Source: Halocafeteria seosinensis
Lineage: Eukaryota
Assembly: GCA_001687465.1 (NCBI GenBank)
Contig: LVLI01000196.1
Coordinates: 124,001-188,000 of the forward strand
Direction of reading: 5' to 3'
DNA length: 64,000 bases
Positions 38,161 through 50,249 of this stretch are shown piece by piece (the first letter of the stretch is position 1; the number at the start of each line of letters is the position of its first letter). The position numbers and the translations under genes were made by a program. Under the pieces are notes generated by a model that did no database searches, had not been told where the DNA came from, and saw nothing but the letters and a program-made list of their open reading frames with translations.

Positions 38161-39651
38161 ATGAGTTATAGCACGCAAGACAAGGTATCGCTCGGAGTGG
38201 CGGCGGTCAGCTCCTTCATCAGCGCCTGCTTGGCGTACAGAAAGCACACTATGCAACGCCAGGCCGAAAGGTTGGAGCAATGTGAAGAGATATCTGTAGA
38301 GGATCTGTTATCCTCCACGTCCTCTCTTTCTGCAATAGGCAACAAGGGGAGTGCTGAGGGCGATAAATGTGAGCGCCTGCGGCGGGACCGAACTCCTGTA
38401 GCTATCCGAGGAGAGGTTGTGTGCATGATGAAGAACACATCGGCCGACGTTGCTGGTATAGAGAGTTTATCAGGAGATAAAATGGCGGTGCGTAGGCGCA
38501 TGCGGCGAGAAATCACTCAGAAAATACGAGGCATGGTATGTGAACGAGAAACAATTTTTGTACTTCAACAACTCCAACCTATCCTATACGATATGCATCC
38601 TATATACACCATTGCCGTGTTGTGCTGACTGTATGCAGACCACACCTCTTCCAGGAGTTGTACTCACGCCTGTTACAGAGATTACGCTAAAAACCGATAC
38701 AATTGATGAGGTAAGAACTGCAGAGACTGGGAGATCGGATGCACTTGCCGTACTGGATTGTAATGTATTTTGCAGGTGCCGAAATGGGGATTAAAATCCA
38801 GCGATGCAACAGCACAAAGAAAGGCTATTCGTGTACGAAGGGGCGATGCAGAGGAGTATGTTCGATCACACTTTTCGCACTCTCCTGCCACGTCAAGCAG
38901 CGAGCCGACGTCTATACAAAAGGGTGGTAGAGAACTTGAAGAAATTAAACCCAGCTCCGTTTTGGCTGCCCTTTCTTGGTCTATACAAGGAGTATTTTCG
39001 AAAATGTTAGAGACAATAGACGAGGGGATCCCGGTAGGCTTAGCTGTTACCATTGTCGGCGGCGTCGGCAAGGTAAGCGCAGCTTGGTGAGACACATCCC
39101 AAGCCACGGAGATATCAACTGCTAAGGGTCTTTCTTTCTTATTGCAGGATAAAGAGGGACCCATAATCCAAGCACATCCTCATGTAGGCTTTTTTATGGT
39201 GGATGATTTTCGAACGTTGGCTGAGTACTATTCGAGTCGCTCAAACAGTAGTGCTGCTTGGTCTCGAAGATTTATGCTGCTAGGATTAGGTTGCTTAGGA
39301 TATCATCTCTACAAACGCCGTTATTATTATTTAAACTACGTTCGATATCTCATCGGCTTTGCTAGAGATCCTCCTAGCAATGTTGACTGGGTTAGAAGTA
39401 CACTACTGCCTGCTTCTACTGGAACTACTACACTGCGAACTGAAGATGACGAGGAGGCAGCCACTGAAGCCGAAGAGTGTGTTATATGCAAAACTAATAA
39501 AAGAAAGGCGTTTTGTGTTCCTTGTGGTCACTTATGTGTGTGCAATGAGTGCGGCCTACGTTTGTTTGACAGAACGGTGAGTCGTCAATCCGCAGAGAAA
39601 TGCCCGATGTGCCGAAATCAGCTTCAGGGTCTGAATCGAATATATCAATAG
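38161..39651 (+). CDS. MUL1/SP1-like E3 ligase (TM - GIDE-like - TM - C3HC4 RING), 4 exons
   Basis: Two TM segments flanking a soluble domain (EGIPVGLAVTIVG); RING CVIC..PCGHLCVCNEC..CPMCR. Confidence 0.7.
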
Positions 39652-39678
39652 AATCTTGCAATGTCAGAAAGACAAAAT

Positions 39679-41566
39679 TTAGTCTTCCGTGAATTGAGAA
39701 GGTGTGTCCTCTGTTTGCTTTTGAGCAAATTCTTCCGAAAGTTCTAGGAAACTGGAAACCTCGTTCACTTCGCGATGCTTCTCTTGCTCTTTCGTCCACG
39801 CCTTTTCGAGCCTTTTCACGTTTGTTTCCCATCGACTATGGCACAGTCTTTCTGCGCAGTGCTGCAGTCATTGAGAACTTGAGTGAATATAGGTATATCA
39901 AACGGTTTTGTGATAGTGCACATACTGGACAGTAATGTATGAATGGAGGAGATCGGATATGTTCATCCATCGGTTTAAGGAGAAACCAGTGCCCGCACGC
40001 CATTCTAACCGGGTGCTTCGAGTGATTCAAGTCATCCGCATATTTCTTAGCTTTCTTTGGATCTTCGGGAAGTAACTGTTGGTCAGAAATCTGTGGCTCC
40101 GCAAAGCATTACATTTTCTTGAAGACATAGGGACAGACATTCACGGTATTCGTACTTTACATATTGCTTTGGGCAGATAAAACACAAAATCGTCCGCTAG
40201 AAAACGAACGGATAATGCAAGAGATCTCGTGGCGGTATTGGTTGGGCGAACAGCGAGTGCTCTTGCTTCAGCGACCAATTCTTCTTCGATTCGTTTTAGC
40301 CGCGCTTCTTCAGCTGCTTCTTCCTCCTGCAAGTATGAGACCATGGAATAACATGTCAACAACAATATCCACATAAGTTACGTTGACAAACCTTGGTCAA
40401 TTTCTTTAGTTGTCTCCGTACATGCTTCCGTTCTTTGGCTCCATGAGCGTATTCACCACCGCTCGACTGTTTCTTCTCAGTGGCAAACTTCTTCAGCTGA
40501 GTTGTCTCATACAAAAATTTCACATCCTTCTTCAAGTCTCGCATGTGTTCAGAGGTAACATGCACCACATCTTCTGCCTTAGTCTTTACTTTGGCAGGTG
40601 CTTGATGAAGGCTTCCTTTGGATAACGCCACTTCAGCGCTATAGCCCGCTTCACACCTCTTTAGTATGTTCTCCAGTTGGAGCGTGTACGACTTCGTTAT
40701 TCTATCTGCAGATCAGCAGGCAACGAGGGTTGGAGCCTTAAGAACGCCGCCCTTGACACACTCTACTTACCTGGGAAGTTGGATTTGGGCACTTCAAACT
40801 GTGGAGCGACTTCAGGATATTCCTCGGGAATAGCAATGTTCAACTGGCACCCTCATGTAAAAAGAAAATATTCCAAGTTCTTGAGATTATACAGCGGCGC
40901 ATTCTCCACTTACAACAAGGAAGTAGTCATCCTGTTTTAGACGCACTTTCAGTGTTCCCCGTTCTTCGTCTGTTTTAACTTCCACTTTATCCTTGTCAAT
41001 GTTCTTAATTTCCTTCACTTCTGTAATGCAATACAGGAGTTTGTTGGTGAGAACAATACTCCGGAGAGTGGTAGCGATCGCAGCACACTGATTTCCTGGC
41101 TTTGTTTGCTTCGCCTGCAGGGTGAATGAAGAACGGCATTCAATCCTAACCTCCATTCCAGTCCAGTCGGCGGCGTTAAGCAGCAACATACCGTTTTCGC
41201 TGCCACGGAATTCAGTTTGTCGATCGCCATTTGAGGAAGAGTTTCACTAGAGACCTCTGCCAATACCGCTGTTTCCGGGAAAGCGTTGGGAAATATTAAG
41301 CGCAGGGTCAACTTCCTGTACGGTGTAGCAGCGAGATTCACCGTGATCAAGTTGATTGTACAGGTTCCCATACAGTGCTCCGGTATGCTTGATTTCAAAT
41401 TCTTAATTTCTTGCTGGCGAATATCACTCTCTTCATCACCAACATCTTCATCGTTGTCGTCTTCATGGCCACCCGGCTCTTCAGTGGGTAGAATTTCGCT
41501 TCTACCCTCACCACGGTCCTGGAATCCTTCACTAATTTCACAGGTATCGTTTGCTGCCGCTGCCAT
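39679..41566 (-). CDS. Tandem RWD/UBC-like domain protein with degenerate C-terminal RING-like finger, multi-exon
   Basis: LIFPNAFPE and IPEEYPEVAP RWD-like motifs; C-terminal CGHWF..SPPF..CPHC..HSRW..W..REVNEVSSFL. Confidence 0.65.
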
Positions 41567-42048
41567 AGCAAAATGTTAGGAAAATGCGCTACCGCATCAA
41601 CAATTCCACCCGTGAGGTTGAAGATCGACCATTCCTTTATTCACTACACGGCACCAGCGTTTACCCAAACGCAGTGCGCTGCTAGATACAACATAGGAAT
41701 GTGTTCATTCAACTGTATTATACAGTCTCTATCCCTTGGCGGGGGATACATCATGCATGACTGCACAAGTTGAAGTACGGAATATACGACAAACAAAGGT
41801 GCGACTCCCTCGAGTCATTCCTTTGTATATGATGCTTATGGTAGCGTATTGTAGCATGCGTGGTGTAGTAGATATGTATGTCTTTATTCGTGCGTTTCTC
41901 AATCAGAGTGTTGATGCCAACCACACACTCGTACAGAGGGGAGAAATCTGTTGACCGCAGCGCTTCTCCGCGAACAATCCCCGTATTTGTTTGAACACGG
42001 AACTGCTCTTGTGGTGTGGGGAAGAGCAGCACACAGAGGAGGAGAAGG

Positions 42049-43568
42049 ATGGTTTCCTCCATATCCACTCATAGGCTGTTGGAGTGGATCCGATCACCGG
42101 AGGATGCGTCACAGAAGGTGGTAGTGGTAGACATTCGGCCGCAAGCGGAGTACAATGGCTGGACTTCAGTGAAGGGACGGAGGGGGCATATACTTTCGGC
42201 TCGAAATTTGCCTTGCTCGTGGATTCTAGATAACGAATTCAAGCTGAATCGCTCTCTATCAGAAGTTGGAAATATCCTAAAGGACAAGAAAATCACGCGG
42301 GATAAGACGGTGGTTGTGTACGGAAGCTCAACAAGACATGAAGAGTGGAACGCCGTGATTAACCTTCTTTCCACACAACTCAGCTATCTCTACATTTACA
42401 GTTACACGCCTGGAATCGAAAAGTGGGCAGAAAACAGTGATCTCCCCATGGAGCACCTGGTACGTAGGTAAAATTACACTCGCCTATCACTCCCCTGCTT
42501 TTTACCGTGAATAGCAATGCAGCCAAATTACCAATGTCTGGTACCTTCTGAAGTTCTAAAGCAGCTAATAGAGACTGGTAATGCTCCCACATTTGGTGGG
42601 AAAAAGTGGAAGATATTCGAAGTGTCATGGAGAAGCTCTCATTATAGCACGGGCCACATACCAACCGCCCACTGCATGCACACGGACAACTTGGAAGAGC
42701 CACCCATGTGGAACAAGAAACAAGACGATGTACTAGAGCGAGAGCTACTTGCTTTAGGTATAGCAAGTTACACTACTGTAATATTGTATGATCGGGAAAA
42801 TCTGAGCGCCGCTAGGGCAGCGCTGATCATGCTCTATGCTGGTAGGTGATTAGCCTTTAAGGTGAAAATCTTCCTCTGGGCTCTCTCTTATTGACGCTTT
42901 ATTATGCAGGAGTTAGAGATGTCAGAATTTTGGATGGAGGAATAAAACATTGGAGACAGCAAGGATATCCCCTGGAGACTGCACCGAATCCTTCTTGTCC
43001 CAAGCAATCTTTCGGAGTAAAAGTTCCACGCTGTCCAGAAATTATATGCGACAGATGGGAAGTGAAGCAACTCCTAGAGGACGGCGATGCAAATTTAATA
43101 AGCATTCGGACATGGCAGGAATACATAGGGAAGACAAGTGGTTATTCGTACATCCGCGCTAAGGGATGTATTCCAGGGTCAGTGTGGGGTCATGGAGGAT
43201 CCAGTACATACAGAATCGAACACTTTAGGAACCCGGATAACACATTCAGATCCTATAAGGAAATTCGAGACTTATGGGAGGATTGGGGAATTGAATCATG
43301 GCATAATAATTGCTTTTTCTGTGGAACAGGATGGAGAGCAGCGGAGGCGTTTTTTTCTGCGATGCTAATGGGCTGGGGCAGTATTAGCGTCTACGACGGA
43401 GGTTGGTTAGAGTGGAGCACGTACGAGGTTCATGAAGAGTATTTCCCAGGGGCCCGTAGGAAAGTTGAAAGGTCAACATGCGAAGAGGAAGTTAGACTTG
43501 AGGGCTCGAAGTTCCGGTGTGACCAGTTCACCGGGACGAGACCGATTCTACTGGCTGAGGAGATGTAG
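42049..43568 (+). CDS. ynjE: Three-domain rhodanese / thiosulfate sulfurtransferase, YnjE type; 3 exons
   Basis: DIRPQAEYNGW..GHI, GHIPTA..LEEPPMWN, SIRTWQEYIGKTSGYSYI, active loop CGTGWRA, VYDGGWLEWS as in E. coli YnjE. Confidence 0.9.
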
Positions 43569-43642
43569 TTCGTACGAGATAAGACAATAGCTACTAGTTT
43601 ATTTGCACATGAGGACGACTGTATAGCCAACACACTCAGTGT

Positions 43643-44464
43643 TTATATATCATCCATTGGGCTTTTCCCCTGCATTTGTGCTTTCTGGCTCTTCTCCCAT
43701 GCTTCAGCTATTGTGCGCTTCATATTATCATCACCCTCTTCGTACATTTGCTTCATCATATCCTGCACAGTAGAAGGCAATTCCAGTCAATGCTATCAAT
43801 TTAGTGAAGAAACAACACACTCTGTGCCACTCACCATTATACCACCACTTGGATCTTCCTTTGAAATATTCGGTTTCTTCCTTTTCGACACAAGTTCTGT
43901 CCAGTGGTCCAAGGAATCTTTCTTTTTCAACATGACCGTCACTCTATCTTGTTTTACTTTGAACTTAGAGCTCTCTGGATCAATTTCATTTTCAAGGTTT
44001 TCCCTGTAGAGGCGATAGTTCCTCCCCTTCAGCCCGTAGACCTTTAAATCGAACGAATTGCTTGTGAACTCGCATTGGACGGCCTGGTCGTCATGTTCAT
44101 AGAGAGATCCAACTCCTTCCATGTCTTCTGAGACATAGACGGATACAAATTTATCACTCTGGCCCCAACCAAATCGTGTAACAGCTTGGAAATACTTTCC
44201 ACTAGAGGCAGCCTTGGCATCCCCGCTGCCACTTGAATTTCCACCAGTGGCGGATTCGGTCGACACAGCTGCAGGCTTTGGCTTTGACACTTCGTCAATT
44301 TGTTTTTGGACCTGGACAGCGTTTCCTCGTTCTCGCTGGAGCTTGTTCAGATCATCCTTCAGCAGCTGGGTGACCTTATCCCGCGAACATGAACCTATTA
44401 ATCTCTGAAGCTCCTCAATGTCCTTGTCAATGTCCTCCAGGGATCGATGTTGACTTCCGTTCAT
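43643..44464 (-). CDS. CACYBP: Calcyclin-binding protein / Siah-interacting protein (CS + SGS), 2 exons
   Basis: FGWGQSDKFVSVYV, SFDLKVYGLKGRNYRL, DPSGGIMDMMKQMYEEGDDNMKRTIAEAW. Confidence 0.92.
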
Positions 44465-44683
44465 TTTGTATCGTCGTTTCCTTGCCTCTCACACAATTGT
44501 TCTCCACCTGACAGTAGTCCTGTTGAACATAAGCGAACAGACAATGCGTAGGACGTCACGATTATAGGATCTTAATAATCTACACGATACGTATGGGTAG
44601 AACATTCTTTCGTTCCTTAATCTATTTGTGAAGTTCCCTGTGGAACTCGCTGAATGATTGATACAAGCCCAAACTCCCACGAG

Positions 44684-45054
44684 TGCAAGTTGCCCTGTGC
44701 AAGCTCTACGATACAGAAAGGAAACGCATTAATTAGTGGTGAGCTCCCAAGTTACGGGCCACCGGTTGCCAGTAGGATAATGGGAGTGACTTCGAGGTAG
44801 CAAATGGAAGACACTTGCTAGTGGCCACTGCCCGTCCTGTGTGTCACAACACTACTGCCCAGCTGGGGGCAGTAGTGTACGACTGCGTCATACTTGCTCG
44901 CACGTTTACCGGTGGTCGCTCCGTAGATACAAGCACGGGAGATCTTTCGCTGTCGGTGCATATGCTACCTAGTGTCGTCCTACTTTCGGTACAGAAGTGT
45001 GTGGTTTTTCCACGCAGTTCCATGCCGTCGAGTGAATGTAACAGGGCAGCTGCG
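44684..45054 (+). ncRNA. Candidate structured RNA: ~370-nt imperfect rod with a perfect 12-bp apical hairpin
   Basis: Five nested, roughly symmetric helices paired by eye (see findings); family not recognised. Confidence 0.4.
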
Positions 45055-45106
45055 TCGCGCACGTTAGCTGGATTACGGTTGGTTAACTATCCTCTCTTCG
45101 ATAGAG

Positions 45107-45979
45107 TTACCTCGTGTACGAGCAGATTCGAGGGTTGATGATTTCGATGATAACGCACTGTACGTCCTGATCAGTCCAAATCGCGTAGTGTTTCGCCCAC
45201 AATTTTTCCGTAGGCGGCAAGTCGAAGGAACGGGCCGCCATTTCAGACACTAGATTATGGGCTCCTAACAATTCTCTAAATGTTTGTTTCCTCCTACCCG
45301 ATATTGTCGCTCCTATACCCTGTGTGTATGTTTGCAGGTCGCCAAAACTAGTGCGTACACTAACTCATCGAACGGTGGCACACGTACTGCGTTCTCATCC
45401 AGGAAGAACGTTTTCAGCTGTATACACAAGAAATAAATGAATAATTACCGGCATGTATTCAAGGCTCAGACACTGATTCAACCCACATCATCGGATTTCC
45501 ACCAGGAAACAGCAAACACAAGCGATTCACCCTCAGGTCCACCTTGTAAAAGTACCTGCACTCGTATTACAATCCGAACTACCCACTAGAAACATGGGCA
45601 CATCTCCCAACGTACGCTTCTTGTGGTTATATCTTCATTGATTGCCGTGAATTTCTGTTGGACGTCTTTTAACCATGGCTCACAAGGATCTGTGACTTCG
45701 CTTTCGGGTTCCCCGTGCTCCAACACTTTAACTTGAATCGGTCCTCTGCGGATGCCACAGTTTTCCTTTATATAGCCGACACGTCGAGCAATATTGTTCA
45801 TCTCACCCTGTAAGCAAGGTCAAGTTGCGTGTCATAGAGCCGTCTCCGAGGAGGAGCAGCCTCCAGATCGTGGAGGGCACCTTGTCCAGCAAACGTGCTT
45901 CCTCTTCGGGGTCCTTGAGGTTGAACGAGTCCTCCACGGTGACAGGATACTGTTTGGTTGTTAACAAGAAGTGCGTCAT
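45107..45979 (-). CDS. Chorismate pyruvate-lyase, cyanobacterial UbiC / Ycf21 (DUF98) type; 5 exons
   Basis: WRLLLLGDGSMTRNLTLLT, LVFAVSWW, FRELLG, LWAKHYAIW..VIIEIINP parallel recalled WQLLLLGDGSPTRHLQLLT, LAYATSWW, FWGRHYLFW..LIYEVFSP. Confidence 0.8.
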
Positions 45980-46073
45980 AACAGTGGTTTTTTTTTCTAT
46001 TAAGACGAAAATGATCGAATTTAATAAAAGTGGGTAAGATATCTGCCCCATCAATACCGTTTCGGAGGTAGAA

Positions 46074-48585
46074 ATGGAACAATATGAAGAAGATGATAGG
46101 GGCGTGAAGGCCTCCTCCACCACCACGGTCCCTCCACAACAGAGCCAAGACGCGTCGAATGAAGCCCAAACACCCTCCACAGCGGCACAACATGAAGAGC
46201 ATTCGGTCCAGATGGCCGTATCAGAGAAACAGGAGCAATCCCCAGGCTCGCAAAATGAAACTCAATACCTTAAACGCTTAGCCAATTACTGGAAGGGGTT
46301 CGACATGAAAGCGAAGCAAGAGGAGCTTGTATGTTGCTCTCCCAACTTAATTTAGTGTAACGTTGACTACAGTTTCCTATAAGCGTGTGTATTGCTTCGT
46401 CCACCGCAGAATAAATATGCTTCAGAATTCTTGGACCAGGCTCGTTCCTATGCCGATACCAAGAAACAGCTTTCTCAAGAGATAGCTAGGATTCGGCAAA
46501 TATCGTCACCAGAGCAACAAGCCGTGGAATGGCCCCAGCTTGTGCAAAGATTGCAGCAGGAAATCGACACTCAGGCCAAACGGGCGAAATATGCAGAAAA
46601 AACTTTCTCCAAAGTACTACGGGACTTCACGGTAGCCCCTGATCCGTCTGAAGGACTCAAACGAGCTGTTTCACTGAAAAAGAGAACGGCAAAGTTAGAG
46701 CAGGAGCTTCAAGAAGCCCAAAGTGATGCTCGAGCCTTTGAGGAGGAGCTCAGCAAGCTCCAGAACCAGGATGTAACTATTCGTGATCTAGAGTCTCGAG
46801 TTGAGGAGCTTGTTAACAACATGGATGAGCATGTGCGTAGTTTGATGCGAGTATCATCGTTGCTTGTGGGCAAAGATGTACCTGTTTTGCTTACCCATAC
46901 GCAGGTACGTGAAAGAGTGGAACAACGGGAGCAAGAATTGCAGAGGGAACACAACAGCGAAATCAGACAGTTACAATCGACATGTAACGACCTGAGATCC
47001 AGGCTGAATGAAACCCACAACACCATGCAAGAATACCAGCAACAAATTGAACAATCCGAGTCTAAGCTGTTTGACATTAGAGCGCGGAATGACGAAGAAC
47101 TAAGCTCGAAACAAAAAGAAATCGATATGTTGTCCGAGGAACTGGAACAGCTACGTAGTCAAAATGAACATCTCCGTCAAGAAAACGAAAATCTTAGGAA
47201 TCAGGAAGGTGGCGCTGCGCGCAGCAGCGTGGATAAAATGCGGGCCCAAATAACTGCACTTCAGAATGAGCTTGAACGAGAAAGATCATCGAACCAGCAG
47301 ACATCTAAGCAATTCTCCAGGGATAAAGAGAAGTATCAGTCTACTATTGAACAGAGAGATGCTGAAATTGGAAAATTAACACATCAAATTGATGATTTGG
47401 AAAGAGAAACGGAGCAATTGAAATCGCACTTGGATTCACGCCCCTCACTTGAGCACTATCAGCATATCCAATCAGAGCTAGACTCTGTGAAGCGCCAGCT
47501 CGCATCCGGGTACTCAGGGGAAAGCCAATCAGGTAGTCCTGAGAAACCGGTTAGCACACTAGTGGAAGAGAGGATACAGAAGCTGCAAGGACAACTGGCC
47601 AACGAACAAACAGAGAGAGTCAAAGTCAATGAGAGGTTGGAGGGTAAAGAGAACGAAGTCGCTGACTTACAGAAGGAAATAAGCAACTTGCAAGCTCTCA
47701 ATGAGAAATTAGAGCAGCATGTGGAGGCTACTACTACCGGTAACCAGCCTGAGCAAGAAGGGAGTCAGAAGGGGGATACCTACACGAAGGATAGTGCTGA
47801 AGATCAGCTTCGCGAGGTACTAAGAGAGGACCAAAAGAGTACGCGGAATGTAAAGGATTCGGAAATGGACAATTCTTGGCCTGGTGGCAAGACGTCCCAT
47901 GGCTTTCAGTCCAGGGAAGCGGCGCTGCTGCATGTGTTGAAAGAGCAACGCGAACGCTTCCGTAAGAGAGCTGAGGACGCAGAAACTAGTCTGGAAAAGT
48001 TGAGAAGCTTGTCCCAGCATGATCAGGACTACATAAAAAAGCTAGAAAATGAATGTGCTCGTCTTAAACATCAGATTTCTACCAATTCTGCGGCTGTGGG
48101 GGCCGGCCAGCCGCACGGGACGGGGCCTTCGGCAATGTTCGTTAGGGGTGAAGGAGCTCGAGCAGCTCGTATGAACGCCATGATTTCCGCTGCCCGTCAA
48201 ACGGGTGCGACGTTACTTCCTGCTTTCTCTGGTGATTATCGCTTTACATCTTTGTATGCAACGGGGCAGGGATGCTTCGCTAGGTGTAAGCGTTTTTTTT
48301 CTGGAGGCTTACGAACAGAATCAGATGGTGATGTTGAAGCGGGTGGTGGCAACGACACTTCCCCTAGGTAAGCGTTTGGAGTCAGAAGAGAGTGTACGTC
48401 TTGCGTGTTTATCTTTTGAGCTTTCTGTCTTTGACAGCAGAGGATGGAAACTGGACAATCTTTCGGAGCGAATCGCCATCCAGCTTTCGACGGGTTTGCA
48501 TTCATCCAGATGCGTTCGAAATACTGCCTTCCTGTATATTGTTTCGGTTCATGTACTACTGATCCTGTGTTTCTACACTTTTTAA
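46074..48585 (+). CDS. CASP: Golgin CASP/Coy1 (CUX1 N-terminal coiled coil, C-terminal TM)
   Basis: YWKGFD..QEEL, QQEID..KRAKYAE..F, APDP, LQNQDVTIRDLE, QRERFR, TM with YxxxxH (YIVSVHVL). Confidence 0.88.
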
Positions 48586-48637
48586 GGGTGTGATATCGTT
48601 TGCTTGCTGGAGATAGCCTGGGTGACTGCTAGTACAT

Positions 48638-49943
48638 CTAATCTCTATAAGTTCCAAACAACCGATCCATATGAGAGAAAATCGGAGCAAAGTTACAATC
48701 TCCTCTCACGTGGTGAATCCAATGATGCTTGCTTCCTCCAACTATTCCGAACGGTACGACCTTATCATAATGGACAGGGAAGTCAAAATTCGAGTGAGAA
48801 TCCTGCAGTAAGAAAGTCAGAAGCTCCAGAGTAACCTTGACAAACTCGGCTGTCCGAAGCACATACCAGGAGGATAAACACAAATAAGATTGTGAACACA
48901 TTTCTCGTTAGAGGATGCCCCCCAAGAACCTTTAACGAAGCATTCGCTGTCAATATGAGGAAAACTCTCTCGATGATTGTAAGTTGGTTCGTGACTCCGT
49001 GGTGCACCTGCGAGGAGATTATGGCCGTATTATGCCTCTGTTCTGCACGAATCCTGCTATATAGGAATACTCACTGTTGCATGGTGATGATGCACGCCAT
49101 GAATATATCTCATTAAAACGCCATAGCGATGGAAGCTTCGATGAACAAAGTAGAATACGAAGTCATAAATGAACAACGCCAGAATGGTCTGCGAAATGAT
49201 CTCCCAGATTGTAGGGGCCTGTGGAGGCAGTAACCTTTCAGTTTGCCACCCAAAATAAGGCTTGGATGCCCATAACTCCACGTCCACACCCGGGTAGTAT
49301 TTCCGAGTAAACGTATCTAAAGTTAACAGGGGAATGGTGTACCGTAAAGTGTCCCTGAAGATGCCTCCTAAAGTGTACTTCGGTGTTGTTTTGATGGAAT
49401 TTTCACTAGCATCATCTGGTCGGTTAACATCCAGTCTGTATTGTTGCAAACTCTGTAAACGACGCATCGGAATGAACCAGAAGACTTGGAAAATGCTTCC
49501 AACGACGACAACCAGAAAGGTCTCGTGGTATCTGCACACGAATATCCAAAACGACAAGTGACGTCTATGGAGCATCGAGTAATGCTTCCGGTGGTTCGTG
49601 GGTAGGGCTAGGATACGTACGGTGTTGTATACCATGGCTGAACTCGCAGCACCTCCCAGAACTCTGCTATCTTTTCATTAAGCAAGTGTTCGTACCACCA
49701 ACACAGAGCCAGCATCGAAACCACTGCAACTCTCAGGTAAGGGATAACTGGGTGTTGCTGTGGTTGTAGTCCCTTCTGCTCTCCATTCCGACCACCATCT
49801 TGAGCAGCTTGCTGTTTTTGTGCGTCCGTCTCAGCGCTAGAGGTATAAGTCATTCTGCGCTCCTCCTCCTCGTCTTTAATCACATTAAAAGACGATGAAC
49901 TCCCAGAGTAGGAGAGCTTGCTCCCTGTGGCTTTCTTTGTCAT
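48638..49943 (-). CDS. Fatty acid hydroxylase / sterol desaturase family (cholesterol 25-hydroxylase-like), 3 exons
   Basis: His boxes HRSFH, HGVHHHH, HSNFDFP..HHWIHH; NFAPIFSHMDRLFGT. Confidence 0.88.
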
Positions 49944-50249
49944 TCTTTCTACGGGAAACCCAAGTATACAACCCACCGTATCGTACACTATCGAGTTCTG
50001 CAACACAGTGGTGGACAATCTACAGTTATTGCTCGCCTCCAGAACAGGCGCTTGTTCGCGCAGAATCTGCACCTTCACAAGGGCGTGCTTGAAGTTAGTA
50101 CTATGCCATAGAGTCCATGGTACAACTAGGAGGTACAGTGAATCAACTAGTGATGTAACTGTTGACTGGGATTGACAAGATAACAGTATCAGAGTAATAC
50201 AGATTGGAATATCAGCATAAGAATAGAGATTGGTTACCGCTTGGACAAT

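Noticed and set aside
40763..40773. TACTTACCTGG identical to the U1 snRNA 5' end
   Set aside because: It is the reverse complement of a CAG|GTAAGT donor of the minus-strand gene; no U1 body follows.
46833..46904. Stop-free 3n introns (also 29228-29296 and 61425-61499)
   Set aside because: A few such introns among dozens of short ones is unremarkable; no sign of enrichment.
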